A stretch of DNA of 64,000 nt from Eledone cirrhosa. Taxonomy: Eukaryota. Under the pieces are notes generated by a model. It made no database searches, had not been told where the DNA came from, and worked only from the letters and a program-made list of their open reading frames with translations. The translations under genes were made by a program, and so were the position numbers. This document shows positions 39,967 through 53,970 of this stretch, in pieces; the stretch's first letter is position 1; every line of letters begins with the position of its first letter. Location of the stretch: NCBI GenBank assembly GCA_964016885.1, contig OZ024743.1, positions 26,722,001 to 26,786,000 on the forward strand, written 5' to 3'.

Positions 39967-40164
39967 CTCAGGTGTGACACTAGCTTCACTTTTATTACTG
40001 TTATTGCCAACTTCTTTCAACCAATAATGTGTGTGTAATATTTCGAGCACCATAAATGCACTAGCCATACCACCAAGTCCATGGTTTGTATATGTATATT
40101 CTAAACCATGGACCATAGCTTTCAATACAGTCAACATGCCTTTAAATACTTGACGATTTACACA
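39967..40164 (-). CDS. MADD: MADD conserved central exon
   Basis: ttctag|...GAG|gtaagt; [48 protein letters not shown], matching MADD RKVYKGMLDLLK...GLGGMASIFGLLEIAQTHYY; phase 0 to 0. Confidence 0.95.
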
Positions 40165-40814
40165 CTAGAAGAAACAAAACACAAAAGTTCATGTACATGA
40201 AAAGAGAGTAAATGTACTGGAGAGTAAATGTACACATTCTGTGGTTAAATTGCAATACATTTCAAATACTATTGGATTTAATGGTTTTCAGAAAGCAAAT
40301 TAAAATAAATATATTGACTGCACTTCCCTGAGCCTCATATACTGTGTTGCACACTCTGCAATGCACATATACAAGATGAGATGCCATTTAGCTTCTAATC
40401 CTCTTATACCACCATTTGGTTATCTTAAACTTCAATTCGTCCCACATTCATTTGCTTCTAACCTAAACAACATTAACATTCCTATCTTCTTTCTTAACTT
40501 TAGGACAAGGGACAAGGCCCTAAGCATTACATTTCACATTCCTTATGACAAACAAATTTCTGAAACTCTTCTACATACCAAAACAAGTTAGCAAGTATGC
40601 CTTGAAAAATTAGTATACACAGCTTTTATAAATAATTTACAGGCCTCAATTAATATCAGTATTTTTGCTTCTCTATCAAGTAATAATCAAAATTACATTT
40701 TGTTTGAAGAAGAGTATTGTCCACAGAGAGTTAAAAGAAATTGGAGCTGACTAACAATTAGTGGTAAGTGGTGGCAACATTTCTCAATAATGTTAATAAT
40801 AGAAGGGATAAAAA

Positions 40815-41930
40815 ATAAATCTGGGCTCACTACTAACATATGCAACATAAAATTCCATCCTATGTCCCAAATGCAAACTATGGGTACACAAAAGATGTAG
40901 TGGGATCTCAGGTAGTTTAGTTAAGAACATAAGTTTTACATGTAACTGTTGCATTGGAGCTGTAAGTAGCAAATGACCACAGGAAACAAGCATTATCAAA
41001 TTCTGGGAAGGTTCAGTAGAAGTGGTAGACAGCTTCTGCTATCTAGGTGATCAAATTAGCAGCAGAGATGGCTGTTCTGGAAGTACAGTAGCCAAAGTGA
41101 GGACGGGATGGCAGAAGTTCAGGGAGCTACTACCACTTCTAGCTACAAAAGGATTTTCCCTCAAAATGAAAGGCAGATTGTACAACACATGTATATAAGC
41201 AGCAATGGTGCATGGTAGTGAGGCCTGAGCATTTACGAAGATTTGAAAGAAATGAAGCCTGCTATATTTCGATGGATGTAATAGTAATAAACATGAATGG
41301 CAAAGCATAAACAAACTGAGAGAGAAACAGGCATAAGAAGTTTAAGATGCAGTGTGCAGGAGAGGAGATTGCATTGGTATGAACATGTGATGTGTATGAA
41401 GAATGACAGCTGTATAAAAAAATGCAGAGTGCTCCAGGAAGACTTGGGATGAGGTGATAAAAGCTGACCTTGCACAATTGCATCTCACAAAGGTGATAAC
41501 ACAGGATGGATCTCTGGCATTATGCAGTAATACAGAAGACTCACCTTCCCATGAGTACAGGCTGAAGCATACATATAGTATTCACCTCCACTCCCAATAC
41601 ACCTCTCATGAACACAGGGTGAAGTTTACATCTGGTATGCACCACCTTCACCTTCATTCACCTTCTACACACCCTTCTCACCAAAAGCCCCAGCCCACAC
41701 TATAAGGTGGTCGTGTAGGTGTCACAACAAAAATCACCCAACACACACTGTAAAATGGTTGTGTAAGTGTCACAACAAAGAACACCTAGTACTCCCTGTA
41801 AATGTAGTTGACATGAGGAAGGGTATCCAGCCGTAAAAACTGAGCCAAAATTAGTTCTGTATGAGCAAGACATGGCCATCTGACCTCGACTAGCCTTAAT
41901 CCAAGATAGCGTGGAAAATAGACTTAAAAT
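40815..41930 (+). mobile_element. Degenerate RTE 3' half
   Basis: PHD region, EGSVEVVDSFCYLGD, ...GWQKFRELLPLL, and 3' UTR remnants. Confidence 0.85.
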
Positions 41931-43024
41931 CGTGAAAGGAAAACAGATGTTTTTCTGTAGATAATTATTAATGGTTATTTTTATCACATGAAAAGCTACT
42001 AAATTCAGTGTGTAAGGGCTGTAGGCAGATTTAAAAGAATCCCTTATCATCAAATGGGATATATAGTTACATGCTTCTATAGATCGATTATTGCATATTT
42101 AGTGACTATATGCTCAGAATTTTGGAGCATCTCAAAGTACTATAGAGTGTGTGAATTTAGCATACTTGATATCAAAAATATTAATGAGCATAACCAATTT
42201 TGGAAAAAAATATTGAAAGTCATTTGTGATAGGAAGGGCATCATCCATCAATGGAAAACATGCCAAACAGAGGGTCAGGAGGACTCTTCAGCTAATCTCC
42301 ATAATGTTCGTGCTTTACATGAGAAATGCACCCAGTGCACTCTGTAAAGTGGTTGGTAATAGGAAGGGCATCCAGCCACAGAAAACCTACCAAACAAAGA
42401 TTCTAGAGGACTCTTCAACTGTGTCAAAGACATGACAACCTCCCTAGTGCTGGTTTCATGATAAAATACACTCAGTAGAATATGAGGTCCTATGTAATTG
42501 AGTTGCAGGCTGTCAGCCTGTCTGAGCCTTTGGTAGAGTGCAGGATTGCATGTAAGTGAAATGTTGGTCCCCAGCCCATCCCTGGGGTCAGTATCTCTAA
42601 GTACTTACCTGGTCTTCTGACAACCCATCCAACCCTTGCTAGCAGGAAAAGCAAATGTTAAATAATGATGAAAATGATGATGATAATGGTTATAATGATG
42701 ATATTGACTGGAATCATTAGCCTAAGTTGAGGATGAAAATGGCGCTAAAGCACTTTGCCTTTCAATGGTGTTGTTCTACGATTCTATAAGTTGATAGACT
42801 ATATTTTAAGTACACATTGGAAGTCAATGGTTTACTGGTTTTTGAACTTGATTTTTACATTTACATAAATGGTATTTTGGGGTTATATGCTTATATATAT
42901 AGAGAGAGAACAGAGTGAGAGAAAGCAACAAGCTCAGTGAGGAATTTCACATATAAGTAGATGTTCAACAGTACTTGGTTGTCAACCTTCTCTTGTTTAT
43001 TATAGCTCTGTCGGTCATAATATG

Positions 43025-43160
43025 AAGGTGCATGACTTAGAGGTTAGGGTGTTGGGCTCACAATGGTAAGGTTGTGAGCTTGATTTTCAGATTGGGAGAC
43101 ATGTTGTGTCATTGAACAAGACACTTTATTTCATGCTGCTCCAGTTCACTCAGTTGGAAA
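43025..43160 (+). mobile_element. CORE-type tRNA SINE fragment
   Basis: TGTGTCATTGAACAAGACACTTTATTTCATGCTGCTCCAGTTCACTCAG; same family as 58897-59045. Confidence 0.65.
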
Positions 43161-43197
43161 AAATTACATATTTCTACATTAAAAAAAGGAAACTTAC

Positions 43198-43384
43198 TAC
43201 ATCTTCAATATGCTGGGAGTCATCAGTTAGCTTCTTATCAAGATTCTTGTTTAACCGGCTAACAACAAAATTTCGATAATTTTCATCTTCCATTAATTTC
43301 TTGAGGCGATTTATTTTCAACCAACTTACACCATGTCCTTCTAGAACAGAGTTTATAATTTCTTTCAGGAAAGATTGGTTTTCA
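43198..43384 (-). CDS. MADD: MADD conserved central exon
   Basis: atctag|...GTA|gtaagt; SENQSFLKEIINSVLEGHGVSWLKINRLKKLMEDENYRNFVVSRLNKNLDKKLTDDSQHIEDV, closely matching MADD [23 protein letters not shown]; phase 2 to 0. Not in the ORF track. Confidence 0.95.
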
Positions 43385-44452
43385 CTAGATTCAAAATAAA
43401 ATTTACAAAGAAAATGTTGAAATCAAATAAGTCAATGTAAAAGTTCATTAATTTCATAACATTAGAAAATTTACCAAATATTTTCACCATATATTATTAT
43501 TATTATTATTATTATTTCATCATAATCTCTTCTTTCTTCTTCTTGTGATAAGTACAATCAGATAACAAAAGCTGTCAACTACTTCTGCAGAACCTCTGAG
43601 CATTTGATAGAACTTGTTTCCTGTGAGCACTTGCTGCTTACTGTTCCTGTGCATCGACCACATGTAAAACCTACGTTCTTTGCTAGCCTGTCTGAGATCC
43701 CACATCTCTTGTGTACCCATAGTTTCCTAAATTACAACAGTAAACTTTCTAATCCTATTTTATGTTTGTTTTAAGACTTTAGATGTAGTAATTTTCTTGG
43801 TTGTTAATATTTTTGTTACTTTGGCAACCATATTTCTAAGAAAAGACACTATCTGATTTTCAAATAACAAAGGTTCTTACATAAAATTATGATGGAAAAT
43901 GATTTTTAGATAAGTATAAAAACTTTAAAACAAAATTTTATATCATAGATCTAGAGACAGTTTCATGTGATTTGGTATTAAAAAAGTTAATAGAAATTTA
44001 GATAACAAATTTTATTCTTTTACAAACCATCTTTAAACATTATATTTCACATATTAATTTACATTACTCTTCCAAAAAAGCTTTGCATATATTATCTATA
44101 AATCTTCAAAAACGTTTAAGGCTATATTCAGTGTTGTCTTAATGCATGGGTACACTAAGAAAGTGCCTTAGGGTCCACTGGGTCTCCTATATATTTATAG
44201 CAAACATTTACATATACATAGAAGATTATTATTCAGTATATATATATGATTAGATTATAAGTATAATAATAATTTCCCAGGAAACAAAACAAAAATAGAT
44301 GGAGCAGAGCCTCTCAAATTATTTTATCAATAGTTCAAAGCTGCTTGAAAGGAGTTATAGAATTACTGTGTATATTTGAATATAAGCTGACCCTCCTGCT
44401 ATTTAATGCCTGATAAATTAGCAAAAATTCAACCCCTGTTTATAAGCTGAAG

Positions 44453-44852
44453 TAGCTAATGAACATATTATATTTAGATGGCATAGTTTTGAAATTCTCA
44501 TGAGTATCAAATATATTTATGAAGTTTTAATATGTTGATGTTTAAGATATTTTAAGTGCCATTTAAAGTATAGTTTTTGTTTCACAACTTCAACATGTAA
44601 TGAGTTTCCATTATGCTAAGTTTAAACAAATTTCTCAAAAAAAATTTGTGTTTAGCTAATGAACATATTATATTTAGATGGCATAGTTTTGAAATTCTCA
44701 TGAGTATCAAATATATTTATGAAGTTTTAATATGTTGATGTTTAAGATATTTTAAGTGCCATTTAAAGTATAGTTTTTGTTTCACAACTTCAACATGTAA
44801 TGAGTTTCCATTATGCTAAGTTTAAACAAATTTCTCAAAAAAAATTTGTGTT
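44453..44852. repeat. Exact 200-bp tandem duplication
   Basis: 44453-44652 is identical to 44653-44852. Confidence 0.95.
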
Positions 44853-45753
44853 TATGTCCAGCCACTCACACACTAAGAGTGCTTTGAAAGAACTTTCTAA
44901 AGGGATTCATAGAGTAGAAGAGAGAGAGAGAGAGTGAACATTAGAATGAAGAGATAGCAAGAGCAATAAAATCAAATCAGAAATAAGATTGAAAGAAAAA
45001 GTATTATAAGAGAAAAATCTGTACGTGTGCATGCATATATGTGTGTGTACATATATGTGTATGAGATATTTATGTATTAAAAAGTTCAAATTTTATAAAT
45101 TTGTTGGAAATATTTTAAAGGGAATGCATAAATAATACCAATGTAGTAAATGCAGAAAAGCTGTTTCATTGTAAAATAATCACTCCAGATATTTTAGCAC
45201 CTTATTTATGTAGAATTTGAAGTTAGTGAAAATCATCAAAATATTGACCCCAGATTTAAGCTGACTCCCCATTTTACCATTGATTTTTTGGTCACATATT
45301 CCTTGGCTTATATTTGAGTAAGTACAGTAGTTATTCTATACAAAGATATGAAGTGTGTATAAATGGACAATTATTTGTTTGATATGATTGCATCATGTAA
45401 ATTCGTTTAAACAATGTGAACTGATGCTGAGTAGTCAAAATTACAAAAATTGATGAAAGGCAAAAAGTTGAAAAATTGTACAGTATAGTAATTTAAATTC
45501 TGCCTGAAATAGTTTCTACCACACAAAACTGTTTATGTTAGAGTGTTTATATTTATCTAAAAATCTTCCATCATATTTTTATGTAAGAATTTTTGTTAAA
45601 TTGTGTTTCATATACTAGCTTAATAATGAGAATTATACTACTAAATACTTCCAAATTCTTGATTATTTTGAAAATTATTTTAAAATCATAGGCAATGTCT
45701 TTTATTAAAAATATAATAATGAAAAAGTTGACTGATGATAAAAATTTATTTAC

Positions 45754-45868
45754 CTATTAGAATTAGGCCGGGAATCAGTAGATTGTTGTCTTGTAATCTC
45801 ACGTGGTCGTTGGCTTGTAGTAGCTTGCTTTACTAATCCAGATTTCTCAACTCGTGCTCTTCGGTTAC
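45754..45868 (-). CDS. MADD: MADD internal exon
   Basis: ctatag|...AG|gtaaat; GNRRARVEKSGLVKQATTSQRPREITRQQSTDSRPNSN, compare MADD GNRRALVDQKSSVIKHS; phase 1 to 2. Not in the ORF track. Confidence 0.88.
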
Positions 45869-46078
45869 CTATAGAATCATTAAAAGATAAATTGAAATTT
45901 AAAAATATTTTCTAAAACAGCAATCCTAAATTTTAGGTCAATCAAATGGTAAAATAGACAATAGGCATTGTAGAGTTTAATACCGATGAAGGTGAAATAA
46001 GAAAATGGTAAAGACTGAGTGTGCAATGTGTCAAAGAGTTAGCAGATAGATATCTAAAGTTGTACTGAGGTAACTTAC

Positions 46079-46144
46079 CTAAAGGTGCAAATGGCTTATT
46101 TTGTGGTTTGCTGTGAAAGTTTGGCATAACAGATCGATTATTCC
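46079..46144 (-). CDS. MADD: MADD-like internal exon (66 nt)
   Basis: tttgtcag|GG AAT AAT...CCT TTA G|gtaagt; GNNRSVMPNFHSKPQNKPFAPL; phase 1 to 1. PFAPL-GNRR recalls vertebrate MADD PFPSLKGNRR. Confidence 0.85.
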   Translation of the reverse strand, partial: GIIDLLCQTFTANHKISHLHL

Positions 46145-46681
46145 CTGACAAAGGAAGAAATCAATACAAGGTACTTAAATAATGCTTTAAACATATTTCA
46201 CGTATTAGTTTACATTATTCTTTAAAAAAAGCCTTGTATGTATTAACTATAAATCTTCAAAAACGTCTAAGGCTAATTTTAATGCTGTCTTACGGCATGG
46301 GTACACTGGGAAGTTGACTGGGAGCCCAATGGCCCAATATTAATCTATGTATGCAGAGGTTGTGTGTGTGTAGGGGCTCAAGTGCATTGCTTTGTCTGTT
46401 AAGACATCCCTGAATGTATTGTGCTTAAAGTTTAGTTTTTGGTATATGACCAATATTTTTGTCTTAGTCTTCATTCATAGTTATCCACATATGTTGTGTT
46501 ATATTAAAACTTTCTTAGTGTTCTTTTATACTGCTGCCAATATTTCTTTTTATCTTCAATAACAATTTCAAATGAAGACAAACTAATTTGATCTCTATAT
46601 CTTCATCAATGAAATATAACAAGATAATCATTCCTCTTATGGAGCAAGAATAAATTGGCAGCCCATAGCAATAGATACATT

Positions 46682-46819
46682 AATTGTTTCTACTTTTGGC
46701 ACAGGGCCAGCAATTACCCAGTGCATTACTGGTACTTTATTTTATCAACCCCGTAAGGATGACAGGCAAAGTCAACAACGGCAGTATTTGAACTCAGATC
46801 GTAAAGGGACGTAACTATG
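46682..46819 (-). mobile_element. 5'-truncated Meta-type SINE
   Basis: Family core, flanked by TSD ATAGCAATAGATACATTAAT. Confidence 0.85.
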
Positions 46820-47162
46820 ATAGCAATAGATACATTAATGATATAAATTATAGAGTGATTAGGCTATCCTATTGTGTGCTAAGGAATGAGGTTTTCAATT
46901 AATAAGCCAAAGTGATGTGGGACATGATGCATGTAAATTATTCACAAAAGTAAAAATTGGAAGAAACACAATGATTATCATAAAAAGATAAACAGAATTC
47001 AAGTTTACACCCTTACTGTTAGAAGTTAATTGGTCCCACTAGACACAATCCACTCCCTAATACAAAGCACTCAGAATTTGAAAGTACAAATTGCAGTCAC
47101 TTCCTTTATAACCACCTCCCAATACTATAATACAAGTCATGCAGCATATATGTAACATGACC

Positions 47163-47660
47163 ATTACTTAATAAAATAATTGTTTCTACTTTTGGCACAA
47201 GGCCAGCAATTACCCAGTACATTACTGGTACTTTATTTTATCGACCCCATAAGGATGAAAGGCAAAGTTGACCTCGGTGGGATTTGAACTCAGAATGGAA
47301 TTACTTAATAAAATAATTGTTTCTACTTTTGGCACAGACCAGCAATTACCAAGTGCATTACTGGTACTTTATTTTATCGACCCCGTAAGGATGAAAGGCA
47401 AAGTAAACCTCGGCGGGATTTGAACTCAGAATGGAATTACTTAATAAAATAATTGTTTCTACTTTTGGCACAAGGCCAGCAATTATCCAGTACATTACTG
47501 GTACTTTATTTTATCGACCCCATAAGGATGAAAGGCAAAGTTAACCTCGGTGGGATTTGAACTCAGAATGGCAAGGGCCGTAACTCTATGCGTCAAAGCA
47601 TGGCGTCCAACCCTCTACCGATACTGCCAATTCACCGCCCTAATTACTTAATAAAATAAT
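47163..47660 (-). mobile_element. Meta-type SINE with triplicated 3' part plus target site
   Basis: Three units of about 137 bp, each starting ATTACTTAATAAAATAAT. The third continues into the tRNA head and ends at another copy of the target sequence. Confidence 0.9.
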
Positions 47661-49660
47661 ACCAGTCATATTGATCCAAGGAAGAGTCTATGCAGTTACT
47701 TGACTAACTAGAATTAACAACCAAATTGCCTCAAATCATATCCTACTGTTTTAAAAAAAATGAGATATAGCTGAAATGTCTTTCATCATAGGTCTGCTCA
47801 ATCAGGGTAGACCTAGAGTTAAATAACACATTGAACAACTCGCTTAACATTAAATCTCTAAATGTTTGAGATAAATTGTTGTTAGACCTCATGTGTATTT
47901 GGACTCAGAACATTAAGAACTTTAGCTATCACAAGTAATTTTGTATAATGCTCTACCAATTTTACCATCCACAGCCATTAATAACAATAATTGTTTCTTT
48001 ATTATTACCACAAAGGCAACAGATGAGGAAACATTACAGGGTGGGTTACAAAACTGAAATTAAAAGAAGTGAAATGAAAAGTTATGGTATACACACTATA
48101 CAAAATATAGTGATGTCCCAAGAGCAGGATTCCACCTGGGGTCAACCAAGGAACCTTAATGATCCAGAATTACCCTGACAAGGCTAGTAAGTGTCCTCTC
48201 CTTGCTGCATTCCTCAACCAGTAAGTTCATACTGAGAGTAGGTCCATTCCTGTTACACATTATATGCATGAGGCTTTCCTTTCAAAAACACCACTCACAA
48301 TCCACATCTAATGAATATCCCAAACTCTTCAAAACCATAATCCAGAAGTCAGTATTTTATGCTAATAGTGTTATCTGTCTCTCAATATATCTATGTGGAA
48401 TATGTATTTATAAAGAAATTATTGATAATACATATTCATTAGATAATGTAGTTCTTTATATCACTAAAAGAATGGAGTGGTAATGGCTGCTTGATCAAGG
48501 TTAGAAAACAACAATACAACCAACATAAAACACATATACTTTACCCAATCCCCACCTAACAAAAATAACACATCACATACTCATATATAATAATTCCACA
48601 TGAGACAACATGAGAGCCTCTAAGGGGCTGACTGACCAGTTAGAAATAGCAGCAAAATTCCACAAAATCATATCTACTATCTTAAAATAAGAAAATAATG
48701 GACAGTATGATCATAGATATAAAAAATATCATTTAATTGTTTGATTAACTGACCCTATAATTTGTAAATTAAATTGAGTAGTTTAGTATTCCACAGACAC
48801 AAGCATTTTAAACATAATTCCCAATCCAAATTAGTTTGACATGTTGCAAGGCTGGGCCTTTGAATTACAAGGAGATACATCTGATGGGCTTCCACACAGA
48901 TTCTGTGTGCCTAATTTCACTCATAGAGCTTCGGTTGACCTGAGTGTGTGGTAAATGCCTTTTGCCCAAGATGTCACACAGTGGGAACAAACCTGGGATC
49001 TCATAATTGCATAGCAAACTTCTTAACCACTCAGCCATGCTTGTATCCACATAAATAATACAACTCACACCACAGATGAAACATAATCACTAATACAACA
49101 CCTAACATATGCGATATTAGAAACAATAAAAGAAAGCAAAACAATTCTACACTCTCAAAAGAGAATTCAATATACACTTCAGAAACATTAGTGTATCCCT
49201 GGTGTGTACTGTAAACTTGCTTGAAACTGTTGAAATGATGATGATGGTAATAACAATATGAGGTTTCTTCAGTCATGATTTACCATGGGTTTGCACTTAG
49301 AAAGATCCTCTTCAAGGTACAAGGCCAGGCAAAATGTTTTTGTAGAAGACAAGTTGTCTCCATTCTTCACACCACCCTTTTTGTCTAAGGGAAAGGCAAA
49401 GACCAATTCAACGTGGCACAAGTGACTTGACAAATCATTTTCTCCTAGCTGAATGAACTGGAGCAATATGAAATAAGGCTTTACACCCAAGGGTGCAATG
49501 CAGTGCCTGGTCTGGAAATCAAACTCACAACTTTACAATTGTTAGCCCAATACCTTACCCGCTAAGACATGAACCTTCACATAATAATGATAAAAATAAT
49601 AAATAATGAATTTGGTTATGAATTTTAAAAGGAATAAATACATTAAATAAAAAAAGTTAC

Positions 49661-49787
49661 CAGCCAATTCTCCCAGAAATCCTGATAAGGTGCTACTAGT
49701 GCTCTGAGCTAAGCCACTCAATTCACTACTTATTGTGGACATTATAGATGATGCAGTTGGCGATTTGTCTAAAGAGTCAGACATTTG
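49661..49787 (-). CDS. MADD: MADD-like internal exon
   Basis: Polypyrimidine tract and tttcag| acceptor; QMSDSLDKSPTASSIMSTISSELSGLAQSTSSTLSGFLGELA; donor G|gtaact; phase 0 to 1. Confidence 0.8.
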
Positions 49788-50963
49788 CTGAAACAAAAGA
49801 AAGAAAAAAAAGAGAGAAATAATTAAATATATTGAGAATGATAAAAATAAATATTTACAGAAAAAAAGGAAAGGAAAAGAGCCGATCCTCACACAAGACT
49901 AAAGAAACAATGATTCCATTGGTCTTTCCATAGTTGATACTATTTGCTGGTCACAATATGATCATGAATACTGGCCGAAACAGAGTATCTCCAAAAGGTC
50001 TTTGGAGTAACGTTACTTGATAGAGTGAGTAGCTTGAAAATCAGAGAGTCACTATTATTTTGAAGTGAGAGATCATAGCTCTGATACTATGGGCATATGG
50101 TTAGAATGTCTCAAGAAAGAATTGCTGGACAGATTTTACGGGCAAAACCAGTCCGCAGGAGACCTAGGGGTATATTCCGAGCAAGATGGTTGGATAACAT
50201 CCATAAGCTTGGGGATCCAGCCAGATCAATTGTAGACAGTTGCTTCTGACAGGACCTGTTTGAAGGAGTGTTTGATGACTCTTCCCCCACGACTCTCCCA
50301 TGAATAAGTGTGCAAAGAAGAATTTCTTGTAGAAGGAGGTGGAATTTGAACATAGAAAGCACAGAGCCCGTTCAGATACTGACTCATTAACAATTCCATC
50401 AATCCACCACACCTTGACTGGTACTTACAGTTTATCTCACAGAAACTCAAGATAAATTTTCTGTTATATTTGTGATATTTAAAACTAGTTCATAAAGAAT
50501 TCTAAAAAGAATTGCAATAAATCAATTAATATCTATGTAAGTATGGCTCTTCTATTAAGTTTGTGTAATTAAGATATAAATTATTAAGCTACTTATTCCT
50601 AAACAGAACAGTGTTGTTTTAGCAACAATATTTATTGAATGAAAACCAGTTGGTGCTAAGCCAGCTAAAAGTTTATCATCAGTTAGGTTGGTTACAGTCA
50701 GTTACAGGATAATAGTAGATAAATCATTTTACAACTCAACCAAACTAATACCAGGAGAAAAACATTACATAAATATCTAATTTTTTTAAATCATAACAGT
50801 ATAATTATTAGTAATTTAGATAAAAAACAGCCAAAGATAAGTTACACTTAAATAATATATTTTTCGAGGGCTAACACTTTTTCCTCCAAGATATGAGAGG
50901 CGAAAGCAACTAAGCAGAAAGATCAATTGCTTTTTTTTTTGATAAATCAAATGAAATAATTAC

Positions 50964-51252
50964 CTTTAATTTTAGAGGACGTTTTCCTGATGTGTGAGCA
51001 GTAGAGATGGCACCAAAAGCAGGTTTCTGACTTGAATAACTAGGAGTGTTACTAGTGCGACTAGCGCCAACAGGAGACTCCAAAGATTGCGTTCTCTCAG
51101 AGAGAGGTAGTGAATAGGGTGTATTTCTTTTCTCACTGGTATCTGATTTCAGTGATGGAACGACAGGGGCTTGTGAACTTCCACCTGAAAATGCTGGCTG
51201 TATATGACCTGGTTTACCACCACCAGTTATGGGGACATATTTTGAAGAGCTG
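50964..51252 (-). CDS. MADD: MADD-like internal exon (Ser/Pro-rich linker)
   Basis: Acceptor ttttacag|cag (tandem CAGCAG) and donor AAG|gtaatt. Open frame [15 protein letters not shown]...SGKRPLKLK ends in phase 0, matching the next exon. Low-complexity sequence, assigned by splice and phase continuity rather than homology. Confidence 0.7.
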
Positions 51253-51278
51253 CTGTAAAATAGTAAGATAAGACACAC

Positions 51279-51312
<34 letters not shown>

Positions 51313-51336
51313 GTACATACATATATATATATATAC

Positions 51337-51453
<117 letters not shown>

Positions 51454-51659
51454 CATATATATATACATACATATATATATATACATACATATATATATAT
51501 ATACATACATATATACATACATATATATATACATACATATATATATATACATACATATATATATACATACATATATATATATATACATACATATATACAT
51601 ACATATATATATATACATACATATATACATACATATATATATACACCCACACCCGGATA

Positions 51660-52086
51660 TGTCTCCGCAAACAGTAATTCTCTTCTCGAATGGGCCATGG
51701 TGCCCAAATCCTGAATTGAAAGACTTCGCCAGGTGGTGCTATTAAGTTAGACATGGCCTGGGCCAATACTGGCCAAAACATTTCAAAGTTATTCAAAGTT
51801 ATTCATACATATATATATATACATACATATATATATATACATACATATATATATACATACATATATATATATATATACATACATATATATATATACATAC
51901 ATATATATATATACATACATATATATATATACATACTATTTGTCTCCGCAAACAGTAATTCTCTTCTCGAATGGGCCATGGTGCCCAAATCCTGAATTGA
52001 AAGACTTCGCCAGGTGGTGCTATTAAGTTAGACATGGCCTGGGCCAATACTGGCCAAAACATTTCAAAGTTATTCAAAGTTATTCA
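51660..52086. repeat. Duplicated 145-bp unique segment (period 281 bp) separated by TA repeats
   Basis: tgtctccgcaaacag...ttcaaagttattcaaagttattca is identical at about 51660-51805 and 51941-52086. Confidence 0.9.
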
Positions 52087-52275
52087 TACATATATATATA
52101 TACATACATATATATATATACATACATATATATATACATACATATATATATATATATACATACATATATATATATACATACATATATATATATACATACA
52201 TATATATATATACATATATATATATACATATATATATATACATATATATATACATACATATATATATATACATAC

Positions 52276-52308
<33 letters not shown>

Positions 52309-52413
52309 CATATATATACATATATATACATACATATATATATATATACATATATATACATACATATATATATATATATACATATATATACATACATATA
52401 TATATATATATAC

Positions 52414-52444
<31 letters not shown>

Positions 52445-52476
52445 CATATATATATACATACATATATATATATACA

Positions 52477-52517
<41 letters not shown>

Positions 52518-52522
52518 ATACA

Positions 52523-52563
<41 letters not shown>

Positions 52564-52611
52564 ATACATATATATACATACATATATATATATATACATA
52601 TATATACATAC

Positions 52612-52944
52612 ATCATCATCATCATCATCATCAACGTTTAACGTCCGTGTTCCACGCTTGCATGGGTTTGGACGGGGGTAGGCCCACTTGAGGCAAGAGT
52701 GATTGTCTTGCTCGCATAGGACTGTCTGGCAGGTTTTCTACAGTTGGATGCCCTTCCTAACACCAACCACATTTACAGTGTGGGTCTGGGAGGTTTTTAC
52801 CGTGTTGCCTACACGGCCACATTACAGCGTGGACTGTGTGTTTTTTTGTCGTGACACCTACACGATCTCATTTGTTTCGGCCTCGATGGCGCGGCACCAA
52901 CATAACATATATATATACATACATATATACATATATATACATAC

Positions 52945-52993
<49 letters not shown>

Positions 52994-53044
52994 CATATAC
53001 ATATATATACATACATATATATATATATATATATACATATATAT

Positions 53045-53143
<99 letters not shown>

Positions 53144-53146
53144 CAC

Positions 53147-53183
<37 letters not shown>

Positions 53184-53372
53184 CATACATATATATATAT
53201 ACACACTGTAAATGTGGTTGGTGTTAGGAAGGGCATCCAACTGTAGAAAACCCGCCAGACAGTCCTATGCGAGCAAGACAACCACTCTTGCCTCAAGTGG
53301 GAAAACCCCCGTCCAAACCCATGCAAGCGTGGAACACGGACGCTAAACCTGATGATGATGATGATGATGATG
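52612..53372. mobile_element. Two RTE 3' tails in inverted orientation around a TA array
   Basis: Minus copy 52612-52905 and plus copy 53205-53372. Confidence 0.88.
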
Positions 53373-53480
53373 ATATATATATATATATATATATACATAC
53401 ATATATATATATATATACATACATATATATATATACATATATATACATATATACATACATATATATATATATACATACAT

Positions 53481-53719
53481 GGTGGCTGCCAACTCGTTTT
53501 CGAGTACGGCCACTACTTTATATCCATGTAGGAGAACCCCTACCGATGCGCTGAACGAGTGTGACTTTTCAGTCCGGCCAGCGACTTGAAAACTTTGGTA
53601 CAAACACTACACTTGTGACAATTATTGACACATAGTGCTGGGCCCATGGTACCATGTGACGACAAGTGCAGAGAGATCTCCAGATATAAAGCAATGCCTG
53701 TGCACAGAGCTCTACTAGT

Positions 53720-53720
<1 letters not shown>
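53481..53720 (-). mobile_element. 3' fragment of the bipartite RTE-derived family
   Basis: Encodes [26 protein letters not shown]; matches 26361-26590. Confidence 0.75.
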
Positions 53721-53810
<90 letters not shown>

Positions 53811-53855
53811 CATACATATATATATACATATATATATATATACATATATATATAC

Positions 53856-53906
<51 letters not shown>

Positions 53907-53919
53907 CATATATATATAC

Positions 53920-53970
<51 letters not shown>

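Noticed and set aside
44030-44185. Duplicated mutually exclusive exon paralogous to 46079-46144
   Set aside because: Similarity to about 46185-46330 covers only intronic flank and the start of a hAT-like MITE; no second exon copy is visible.
47163-47570. CRISPR-like repeat-spacer array
   Set aside because: The whole units are homologous SINE fragments with no unique spacers, in a eukaryotic context.
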